Positions 41,260-48,063 of a DNA stretch of 62,237 nucleotides are shown here, piece after piece. A program made the position numbers and the translations under genes. Numbering within the stretch: position 1 is the first letter of the stretch; every line of letters begins with the position of its first letter. The notes under the pieces are model-generated. The model was not told where the DNA came from and did not search any database. It saw only the letters and a list, made by a program, of their open reading frames with translations. Origin of the DNA: a virus (Duplodnaviria; Caudoviricetes); the IMG/VR virus record IMGVR_UViG_3300011336_000364, positions 1-62,237 of that record; one strand, 5' to 3'.

Positions 41260-41532
41260 TTAGTCCACAACCTCAATCATCTTGAGTTCAAGTCCAATGT
41301 CAAGCAGGTGATTGAGTGCAGTTGACACCATCCACATCTCGTCTTCCAGTTTGTAGAGCTTAGCCTCTGCAACACTCTTGTTCTTGCGGAGATTATTGAT
41401 GATGAGGGTGATGCCGGTGACGATGTCGGATGGGGTGCGACGGTCACGCTTCGTTGCGTCTTGAATCTTAATCAAGTTGCTGACAACAGACAAGAGGTTT
41501 GACTGTTGTACTTTGGAGTCTAATCTATTCAT
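41260..41532 (-). CDS. Hypothetical early protein
   Basis: AAAGG-TAACACA-ATG start. Confidence 0.6.
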   Translation of the reverse strand: MNRLDSKVQQSNLLSVVSNLIKIQDATKRDRRTPSDIVTGITLIINNLRKNKSVAEAKLYKLEDEMWMVSTALNHLLDIGLELKMIEVVD

Positions 41533-41569
41533 TGTGTTACCTTTCCAAACATCTCCTCAAGGGAGAAAG

Positions 41570-41610
41570 AGTAGCCGGGGAATCGAACCCCGGCTTAGCA
41601 CCAGCCTACT
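41570..41610 (-). ncRNA. Anticodon-less tRNA-like (elbow mimic) element A
   Basis: AGTAG-GCTGGTGCTAAG-CCGGGG-TTCGATT-CCCCGG-CTACT. Confidence 0.6.
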
Positions 41611-42026
41611 TAGCGAACAATCTGCACTGGAACCAAGATGCTCTCGGTTATGCAGTAACCGTATCCAACAGTGCCTGTGTCAAAGTGGTTGTACTTCTCA
41701 AACAACTTGAGGCGTTGTTCAGGTGTAAGTACAGGGTCAGACTTATCGGACTTGTAGTCGTGTACAAATTCATTGTCAACGATTGTAAAACTGTAATCGC
41801 TGAAGTCAATGAACGATTTGAGCCATTCGATATCTTCTGGACGCATGAACCATCTAGTGTCCACATAATCGCAGAAGTACTCAGGCAGTACTTCCCCAAG
41901 GCGTGTTGTAGCATCTCCAATGTTACTAAAGACACCGTGTACTTGCGTCTTGGCTTCACCGTACATGGGGTCATCTCCACCCCATGTTTCGGTTACAACG
42001 TATGCAAGATCATGTTTAATCTTCAT
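41610..42026 (-). CDS. Hypothetical early protein
   Basis: Start reassigned to ATG 42026 after GAGGT RBS. Confidence 0.55.
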   Translation of the reverse strand: MKIKHDLAYVVTETWGGDDPMYGEAKTQVHGVFSNIGDATTRLGEVLPEYFCDYVDTRWFMRPEDIEWLKSFIDFSDYSFTIVDNEFVHDYKSDKSDPVLTPEQRLKLFEKYNHFDTGTVGYGYCITESILVPVQIVR

Positions 42027-42639
42027 TCGTGACCTCATCGTCATATGTAAAGTCCATTCCTTTTTCAATGGATTCTGCAATCCTTTGACTCCACTCGGCA
42101 CGTTCTTTCTTTGCTGCCTCAATTGTTTTATGGAACTGGTGTTCCGTATACCAGAAAGTCATTGATGGCTTCTCTGGATTTGAGACCATGCTACCGATCT
42201 GGTAGTCGTTAGCCTCTGTCACACCCCAAGGAGAGGTCACGTAACAGCAAGCTGTGATTTCCCATTCGTAGTACTCAACGTCGTCGCGTCGGTATGTGTG
42301 CTTACTACGCAGAGCAAGGTTATGCAACTCGTCGTTGCGTGGTTTGTCGCAGTTGTAAATGACGGTCGTGCTATCACTGAACTCAGTGTTGCCTTTGTGG
42401 TACCACCAGAATGCGTCTGCAATAAGCCCTTCTTCAAGGGCAACAACGCCAGCACGGAAGCACTTGCGACCAACAGTGTCGCTGTTGTGGTCAACGAACT
42501 CTTTGTCGTTGATGAGCTGATTGACAAATGTTCTCGCGTACAGGGCACGTTGCAGTGCATTAACGAGTGCTTCTGCCATTACTTCTTGTTGCTTCTCATC
42601 ACCGGCAAGCCGGTTGAATCTGAAGATGTTGTTATACAT
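42016..42639 (-). CDS. Hypothetical early protein
   Basis: AAGGAGG RBS. Confidence 0.65.
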   Translation of the reverse strand: MYNNIFRFNRLAGDEKQQEVMAEALVNALQRALYARTFVNQLINDKEFVDHNSDTVGRKCFRAGVVALEEGLIADAFWWYHKGNTEFSDSTTVIYNCDKPRNDELHNLALRSKHTYRRDDVEYYEWEITACCYVTSPWGVTEANDYQIGSMVSNPEKPSMTFWYTEHQFHKTIEAAKKERAEWSQRIAESIEKGMDFTYDDEVTNED

Positions 42640-42644
42640 CTTTC

Positions 42645-42737
42645 CTCCTTGTGTTTAGCAGTAGGTTGCCAGCCGTGTTCCTCTTGCGAGGTAAAGGTAG
42701 CCGGGGCATTCAACCCCGGCAGTCAGGCTTGAACTGA
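42645..42737 (-). ncRNA. Structured intergenic leader, copy 1 (T-loop-like hairpins, GCAA hairpin, ACCTAC-loop hairpin)
   Basis: 42645-42694 is homologous to 43174-43223 with compensatory changes; hairpin 42697-42720 has the same stem as 41571-41594. Confidence 0.6.
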
Positions 42738-42923
42738 TTACCGTGAGACTTCAGCGTTTACGATAGCGTCCTGAGACTTCTCAAGCAGCTCTTGTGCTAC
42801 ATGAGCACGGAACTCTGCCTCTTGTGCCTTACTCTGCTGATACATCAGCATGAAACACAGCACCAATGCAACTGTCCACCCGATGATGTGTGACTTAACA
42901 AACATCTGTTCTACTTGCTTCAT
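42738..42923 (-). CDS. Small membrane-anchored early protein
   Basis: Start reassigned to ATG 42923 (GGGAG RBS); one TM segment. Confidence 0.55.
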   Translation of the reverse strand: MKQVEQMFVKSHIIGWTVALVLCFMLMYQQSKAQEAEFRAHVAQELLEKSQDAIVNAEVSR

Positions 42924-42925
42924 AA

Positions 42926-43168
42926 TTATCTCCCTGCAATCTGGCCAATGGCCTTGCGAATAGCGCACTGGTCGTGCTCACTGGCATTGTAGAGGCTCGC
43001 CAGATCGTTAATCTGCCTCTTAAGATGGTCGATGTTGTTGTAGTACAACTTGACCGTGATGCCCTTCTTGGTCTTGGTGTGCATGACGGTGGTCATGAGA
43101 CCGAGTCCGTCTTTCTCCATGTCGATGTCGAAATTTCCGGCTGTGATTGAGCCGCGTTGGATGACCAT
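42926..43168 (-). CDS. Hypothetical early protein
   Basis: Start reassigned to ATG 43168 after AAGGAG. Confidence 0.6.
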   Translation of the reverse strand: MVIQRGSITAGNFDIDMEKDGLGLMTTVMHTKTKKGITVKLYYNNIDHLKRQINDLASLYNASEHDQCAIRKAIGQIAGR

Positions 43169-43173
43169 AATGT

Positions 43174-43267
43174 CTCCTTGTGTTAGTGGTAGGTCACTAC
43201 CCGTGTTCCCCTTGTGAGGGTAATGGACGTCAGGGAATCGAACCCTGATACAAACACCAGCCGTCCA
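43174..43267 (-). ncRNA. Anticodon-less tRNA-like element B (43224-43267) plus structured leader copy 2 (43174-43223)
   Basis: TGGACG-GCTGGTGTTTGTA-TCAGGG-TTCGATT-CCCTGA-CGTCCA followed by the leader homologous to 42645-42694. Confidence 0.65.
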
Positions 43268-43313
43268 GAGATGCATTTTGCCGGAGATGCATCAAACTCC
43301 CTGATTATGATAC

Positions 43314-43667
43314 TTACTTGGCGCGAGCAGCGGTATTCTTCTTGCGCATCATTGCAGCAGCTTCACCTGCAGCATCCAACTTGACAACCCCAACCGTAAC
43401 CAAAACACCCTCATCAGCCAACTTGCCATATGCAAGCATCATGTCGTCAAGCAGATTCTTCTGCGCCTTCGTGAGAACGCTTGTGTTCATCTGACGAATC
43501 ATCGTAGCAACGATATTGATTCCCTTGATGTCACGTGCGTTGTACGCCTCAAACAGTTTCACTGCCGTTTCTGCAATAGGCTCTACCTTGTCAAAGGTAA
43601 AGGGGCCTGCCGATACGGTGGTGGACTGGCTTGCGACGAACTTAGCGAGAACAGACTTCGTAATCAT
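43314..43667 (-). CDS. First early-arm protein, hypothetical
   Basis: ORF preceded by ACACAACACAAAGGG. Confidence 0.65.
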   Translation of the reverse strand: MITKSVLAKFVASQSTTVSAGPFTFDKVEPIAETAVKLFEAYNARDIKGINIVATMIRQMNTSVLTKAQKNLLDDMMLAYGKLADEGVLVTVGVVKLDAAGEAAAMMRKKNTAARAK

Positions 43668-43748
43668 AATAACTAACCCTTTGTGTTGTGTATAGGACGG
43701 GTATACACGCCCGTGATAGCAGTTTATTCACATGCTTAGGTGGATACA

Positions 43749-43815
43749 CCCGCGTCGGAGTCGAACCGATACCCAAAACGTAACGTAACTGGGCACTATC
43801 CTAGATTAGCGCGGG
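43749..43815 (-). ncRNA. Degenerate tRNA-like RNA with a 12-nt anticodon loop
   Basis: CCCGCG/CGCGGG acceptor, CTA-ATCTAGGA-TAG D-like arm, CCCAG/TTGGG arm, TCGG-TTCGACT-CCGA T arm. Confidence 0.55.
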
Positions 43816-44223
43816 GCAACTTCGTACCAGATGATTCCGATACTAGGTAAAGGGGATAGTTTTGATATTGGAACCGCTACAACGGGTTCAAAGCATGGCA
43901 AAACGGTTAGTAAACTTCGTAACCGTGATAGGTTTTAGGTGATAGTTTGGCGGGTTTTGACGTTAGAATCGAATAAAGCAAAACAAAACCCGTTGCATAG
44001 CCTGTAGTAGACTAAAACAACGGGTTAGAACTGCTAGCGTGTAGCGGTAAAGTTTGGAGCCGCTAACAGCGGACTGGTTAAAGGTACAACACCCACATAC
44101 AAAGGAGTGTAAGGAGGAGGTACACCCCCGGCACACCCCACCCCCACATGGCAAGCCCCTGCCCCCCTGCAAAGGAGTGTTTGGGACTCCGACGGATATA
44201 TTCCCTCTTCTCTATTATCTATT

Positions 44224-44260
44224 TCTCCCAACGGAGAACATCATCTCCCCACGGAGAACA
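44224..44260. repeat. Tandem 17-bp operator-like repeats TCTCCCMACGGAGAACA
   Basis: Copies at 44224-44240 and 44244-44260, each containing a TCTCC-N4-GGAGA palindrome. Confidence 0.6.
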
Positions 44261-44301
44261 GCTTGTTACGCTGCCTCAATATGGATATACTTACGGTATG
44301 T

Positions 44302-44373
44302 TCCTACTTAGCTCAGCGGAAGAGCGTTCGGCTGTTAACCGAATGGTCGCTGGTTCGATCCCAGCAGTAGGAG
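44302..44373 (+). tRNA. tRNA-Asn(GTT)
   Basis: TCCTACT/AGTAGGA acceptor, GCTC/GAGC D arm, TTCGG-CTGTTAA-CCGAA, GCTGG-TTCGATC-CCAGC; CCA not encoded. Confidence 0.93.
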
Positions 44374-44455
44374 TCCCCCATGCATGTAAAGGCACTGGGG
44401 ATAGCGTTGCATCTCGTAGGTCTTTCATACTCTTTCAACTACGAGGTGTAACGTT

Positions 44456-44698
44456 ATGACAAAGAGGGCCAAGTTGAACGTAGATCAGGCTCTAGTTATT
44501 AAAGAGCTGCATAAATCTGGGTGGACACAGGATTCCCTAGCAAGGCGTTACGGCGTACGTCAACAACAGATCAGTCGTATTATCCGTGGTGAGCGTTGGT
44601 CGATGGCAATAACGATGTTACAGAACAAGCGCACCCATAAAAAAATGCTTGACCTAATGAAGAAGTGCGATAATATCAAATCTGCTACCGTGAGGTAA
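44456..44698 (+). CDS. HTH DNA-binding protein
   Basis: AKLNVDQALVIK...TQDSLARRYGVRQQQISRIIRGERW. Confidence 0.75.
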   Translation: MTKRAKLNVDQALVIKELHKSGWTQDSLARRYGVRQQQISRIIRGERWSMAITMLQNKRTHKKMLDLMKKCDNIKSATVR

Positions 44699-44760
44699 GC
44701 TTGTATGAAAGTCCAGAAACCTCCTCTTCTGTCCGTCATACTCAAACTCTGCAAACAGGA

Positions 44761-44789
44761 AAGACCAGTCAGCCACACTGGTCTTTTTT
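44761..44789 (+). terminator. Intrinsic terminator
   Basis: AGACCAGT/ACTGGTCT stem plus T-run. Confidence 0.75.
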
Positions 44790-44818
44790 GGCTATAATGG
44801 GGTTGGAGGGTTAGACCA

Positions 44819-45247
44819 ATGCCACAAGGTAAGCAAACAGATATTATTGGCGGAATAGCCAGTGGGTTAAATAGGCCCGCAAATGCGTTGCAAAGAGCAG
44901 CATGGGGAGCACTACGCAGTAGTTATACTGATTCTGAATGGGAAACAAAAAATTTACCAAAGTACCGACAAGGTAATTTACCAAAAGGTGATTCACGTTT
45001 AGACAAGCCCATTGCTGCAAAGATCAATGCTGGTCGTCACTACCAAAATCAACAGGGTGGTGGTGAATACGCAGATGATACAAACGACACGCGTGACAAA
45101 CGCATTGATAAATATGGGGAGCAAGCCATGAGTAACATGCAGTCCAAGCAATATGGTGCATCTGCTTTAGGTGGATCTAATGGCTCTTATGCAAACCAAG
45201 GCCCTATCTCTAAGATGCTTGGCGTACGCAAAGATAAACCTAAGTAA
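44819..45247 (+). CDS. Low-complexity protein, possible virion cargo
   Basis: GGAGG RBS, upstream TATAAT; C-terminal ISKMLGV. Confidence 0.65.
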   Translation: MPQGKQTDIIGGIASGLNRPANALQRAAWGALRSSYTDSEWETKNLPKYRQGNLPKGDSRLDKPIAAKINAGRHYQNQQGGGEYADDTNDTRDKRIDKYGEQAMSNMQSKQYGASALGGSNGSYANQGPISKMLGVRKDKPK

Positions 45248-45627
45248 TGTACGAATATGCGATCAAGTACAAGAGAACTATTGATGGGGATACTTTCGTT
45301 TGTGATATCGATCTTGGTTTTTCAGTTTGGCTTTTGGATCAACACTGTAGGCTCCATGGCATTGACACACCAGAGAAAGATACTGCGGAAGGCAAGAAGT
45401 GCATCCTTGAATCAACGTTCTGGTTTGAAGACGCCGCAAATAGACTTGAAAAGTTCTCAATCAAGGTAGAAGCTAAGGCGGACAAGTATGGGCGCAGGTT
45501 GGTCCATGTACGCACCGACAAGTCACCTCGTACGTTGAACGAACAACTAGTCAGAGATGGATGTGCAGTTCCATACTCAGGCGGTAACAAAAAAGAAGCT
45601 TGGACAATAAAAAAAGCCCCTCTGTGA
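45247..45627 (+). CDS. Thermonuclease (SNase)-family protein
   Basis: IDGDTF..DIDLGF, RLHGIDTPE, DKYGRRL, LNEQLVRDGCA. Confidence 0.85.
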   Translation: MYEYAIKYKRTIDGDTFVCDIDLGFSVWLLDQHCRLHGIDTPEKDTAEGKKCILESTFWFEDAANRLEKFSIKVEAKADKYGRRLVHVRTDKSPRTLNEQLVRDGCAVPYSGGNKKEAWTIKKAPL

Positions 45628-45637
45628 AGGGGCTTTT
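45612..45637. terminator. Bidirectional intrinsic terminator
   Basis: AAAAGCCCCT-CTGTGA-AGGGGCTTTT. Confidence 0.7.
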
Positions 45638-45721
45638 ACTTCGCTCGACCTAAATGTCATATCGGCATGATGGGCGGACTTTTTAAGTTTTCATCGCGTT
45701 GCACATACATATTATCACATA

Positions 45722-45736
45722 TACCTACGGTACAAT
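45722..45736 (+). promoter_or_regulatory. Phage promoter motif TACCTACGGTACAAT
   Basis: 9 nt upstream of tRNA-Leu. Confidence 0.7.
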
Positions 45737-45745
45737 AGTACGTAA

Positions 45746-45826
45746 GCCTCGGTGGTGGAATGGTAGACACGGCGGACTTAAAATCCGCTGTCGCAAGACG
45801 TACGGGTTCGAGTCCCGTCTGAGGTA
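45746..45826 (+). tRNA. tRNA-Leu(TAA)
   Basis: GCCTCGG/CTGAGGT acceptor, GGAATGGTAGACAC D arm, GCGGA-CTTAAAA-TCCGC, long variable arm, GGG-TTCGAGT-CCC. Confidence 0.93.
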
Positions 45827-45837
45827 TAGGAGAAAAG

Positions 45838-46479
45838 ATGGCAGCCACACTCAAGTATATTCAACCGGACGCAGAGCAGTTTATGATTCACCTTGCACGT
45901 GTTTCATCGACTAACCAAGAGAACCCAGAGTACTCGGCGTTGCTTACGTACTGCATCAAACATGGCCATTGGAGTGTGTTTGAAATGGTCGATGTGACCA
46001 TGGAAATCTATACATCTAGGGCTATTTCTGCGCAAATCTTAAGACATAGGAGCTTCCATTTTCAAGAGTTTAGTCAACGATATGCAAACCCAAGCAAGAT
46101 TGAACTAGACCTTCCTGTGATGCGACGCAAAGGTTCTACTAACCGGCAGAGTAGCCTTATGTTTGACGACCCTGAAACACAATACGAAATGGACAACAAA
46201 GCACTGGCTCCAGTACTGGTTGCTATTCGCGCTTATGATGATCTTATTAAGTGCGGTGTGGCCCTTGAATCAGCTCGTATGGTGCTACCTCTGTGCGTTG
46301 GCACACGACTATACATGAAGGGTACAGTTCGTGACTGGCTGCATTACTGCCGTGTACGAATGGATATTCATACGCAACAGGAACACCGCGAAATTGCCTC
46401 TGATTGTTGGAATGTACTCAAGGAAGTACTGCCTGTGACAACATCTGCGTTTGAGGCGCATTATATGGAGAGTAAATAA
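45838..46479 (+). CDS. thyX: Flavin-dependent thymidylate synthase
   Basis: HGHWSVFE, RHRSFHFQEFSQRY (RHRx7S), ESARMVLP, TQQEHREIA. Confidence 0.95.
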   Translation: MAATLKYIQPDAEQFMIHLARVSSTNQENPEYSALLTYCIKHGHWSVFEMVDVTMEIYTSRAISAQILRHRSFHFQEFSQRYANPSKIELDLPVMRRKGSTNRQSSLMFDDPETQYEMDNKALAPVLVAIRAYDDLIKCGVALESARMVLPLCVGTRLYMKGTVRDWLHYCRVRMDIHTQQEHREIASDCWNVLKEVLPVTTSAFEAHYMESK

Positions 46480-46781
46480 TGTTTGTAGAAACAATACATA
46501 ACGAGAAATGCCTTGTGCGCATTGGCCGAGACTCCGATGCAACGATAACTGTACTTAGACGCAAAGATAAATTGTTTATGAAGATAGCAGTACGTTCAAC
46601 TGTTGCCGATCAAGAACTTTTTACTGATAAAGAAATGCCTTTTGATGAAGGTGCTGCACTTGTTTACAAGATGTGGTCAGAAGGTGAGATGATTCAATCA
46701 AAACTTTTGATTCATTTACAGAACGATGTCATTAGTTACTTAACTAACAAAGTAACATTTGAAGATCTACCTACGGTATAA
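46479..46781 (+). CDS. Hypothetical protein
   Basis: TAATG-coupled to thyX. Confidence 0.6.
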   Translation: MFVETIHNEKCLVRIGRDSDATITVLRRKDKLFMKIAVRSTVADQELFTDKEMPFDEGAALVYKMWSEGEMIQSKLLIHLQNDVISYLTNKVTFEDLPTV

Positions 46782-46782
46782 T
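46768..46782 (+). promoter_or_regulatory. Phage promoter motif TACCTACGGTATAAT (probably leaderless transcript)
   Basis: -10 box ends 5 nt before ATG 46788; no SD. Confidence 0.7.
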
Positions 46783-46787
46783 AAATT

Positions 46788-47018
46788 ATGGAACTAATTA
46801 AACCAAGCAATAACTGTGACATCACGGTTACTCAGTCTCTTGACTACACTGATGGCAATGGCATTAAGTTTACTGTTGCGCGTGATGGCGTTGTCCTTTC
46901 AGAAGGCAATGTTGTTACTGTTGCCAAGTGGATTTGCACTGCGTCTGTCGGCAACCAACACAAAATCCCTAGTAAGTTTGCTGCTAAGTTTGCATCAATG
47001 GCACTGGAGTCGCTTTGA
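46788..47018 (+). CDS. Hypothetical protein
   Basis: ORF directly after the promoter. Confidence 0.55.
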   Translation: MELIKPSNNCDITVTQSLDYTDGNGIKFTVARDGVVLSEGNVVTVAKWICTASVGNQHKIPSKFAAKFASMALESL

Positions 47019-47479
47019 AACTAGAGCTTGAATGGTGTGGTAAAGACGAAGATGATTACCGTACATTCCTACCTGTACGCAAAACCGTTGGCTCCTCTGG
47101 AGTAGATCTTAAGGCCTATAACACAAAACCGATCACCATCAAAGCTGGTGAAAACGCATTAATTCCTACTGGATGGAAAGCAAAAATACCTGAAGGGTAT
47201 GAGGCACAGATCAGATCTAGGTCAGGAATGGCTTACAAGCAGTCTGTGTGGGTGCAAAACTGTCCCGGAACCATTGATCAAGACTATCAAGGAGAATTAC
47301 TTGTCCTCCTCTACAATGGTAGTAATGATAACCGAGTTATTTTGCGTGGTATGGCAATTGCACAGCTTGTTATTGCACCTGTTGTTTTGCCTGAAATTGT
47401 GCCTGTGGCTAACGCTGTGTTGTTTGATATCGCTACTGATCGTAAAGACGGTGGATTTGGTAGCACGGGGGATTATTGA
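47015..47479 (+). CDS. dut: Trimeric dUTPase
   Basis: SSGVDL, IRSRSG, PGTIDQDYQGE, IAQLV, RKDGGFGSTG. Confidence 0.95.
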   Translation: MKLELEWCGKDEDDYRTFLPVRKTVGSSGVDLKAYNTKPITIKAGENALIPTGWKAKIPEGYEAQIRSRSGMAYKQSVWVQNCPGTIDQDYQGELLVLLYNGSNDNRVILRGMAIAQLVIAPVVLPEIVPVANAVLFDIATDRKDGGFGSTGDY

Positions 47480-47784
47480 TGGATACTAAACACTACAGGA
47501 ATAAATATGAAACAGTAGACATTGCAGCAGACTGGAAGTTATCCGGACCGTTATTTAACGTCCTGAAGTATATTCAGCGACGTGGCCGTAAAAGTGATAA
47601 CTCTGAACAACAAGACTTATTAAAGGCTATTTGGTATCTAGCCTATGAGTTAACAAAGAGTAAAGAGATGTGCGATGCCGTGATAGAGACTCTAGGTATG
47701 GCGGTAAAACCAATCAAGGTAAGTGATATTTGTCAGTGCCCTGAGTGCAAATCTGTTAGGCTTTACAATCAAAAGCAGTTATAA
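47476..47784 (+). CDS. DUF3310-like protein
   Basis: KHY...ETVD...FNVLKYIQRRGRK...DLLKAIWYL. Confidence 0.7.
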   Translation: MMDTKHYRNKYETVDIAADWKLSGPLFNVLKYIQRRGRKSDNSEQQDLLKAIWYLAYELTKSKEMCDAVIETLGMAVKPIKVSDICQCPECKSVRLYNQKQL

Positions 47785-47832
47785 TGTAAGTCCCTGAAAC
47801 AATATCAAACAGGGACAACAACAACCAAATGG

Positions 47833-47862
47833 TAAAGAGGGAGTGTAACAACTCCCTCTTTA
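47833..47862. terminator. Bidirectional terminator between convergent genes
   Basis: TAAAGAGGGAGT-GTAACA-ACTCCCTCTTTA. Confidence 0.7.
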
Positions 47863-47866
47863 TTTG

Positions 47867-48004
47867 TTAACAGTCGCAGTTTTTCTTACGGCAGTATGGG
47901 CAAGGATCTTCCTTTTCACGCTCAGGGGTTTCCTTACCTTTGTACATACCCTTCTTCATTCCCTGCTTCATGCCGTTCATTTTCATTCCGCATTTCATAG
48001 CCAT
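47867..48004 (-). CDS. 45-aa Met/Lys/Cys-rich microprotein
   Basis: AGGAG RBS; MAMKCGMKMNGMKQGMKKGMYKGKETPEREKEDPCPYCRKKNCDC; followed by a terminator; not in the ORF track. Confidence 0.65.
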   Translation of the reverse strand: MAMKCGMKMNGMKQGMKKGMYKGKETPEREKEDPCPYCRKKNCDC

Positions 48005-48031
48005 AGTAGATCTCCTGTTACAATGTGATAT

Positions 48032-48046
48032 TACCTACGGTATAAT
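48032..48046 (+). promoter_or_regulatory. Phage promoter motif TACCTACGGTATAAT
   Basis: Upstream of the GGAGG RBS of ssb. Confidence 0.75.
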
Positions 48047-48063
48047 AACAACCGGAGGTACAC

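Noticed and set aside
43169-43276. N-terminal extension of ORF 42926-43276
   Set aside because: Runs through the structured RNA element; a strong SD supports ATG 43168
43777-43788. TTA in the loop of the tRNA-like RNA as an ochre suppressor for the TerS TAA
   Set aside because: 12-nt loop without U33/purine-37 geometry around TTA; tRNA-Leu(TAA) reads TTA codons, not stops
44288-44302. TACTTACGGTATGTT as a sixth promoter copy
   Set aside because: Degenerate, and it would start transcription inside tRNA-Asn
43963-44459. Short ORFs called in the divergent intergenic region
   Set aside because: Overlap tRNA-Asn and repeat tracts with implausible composition
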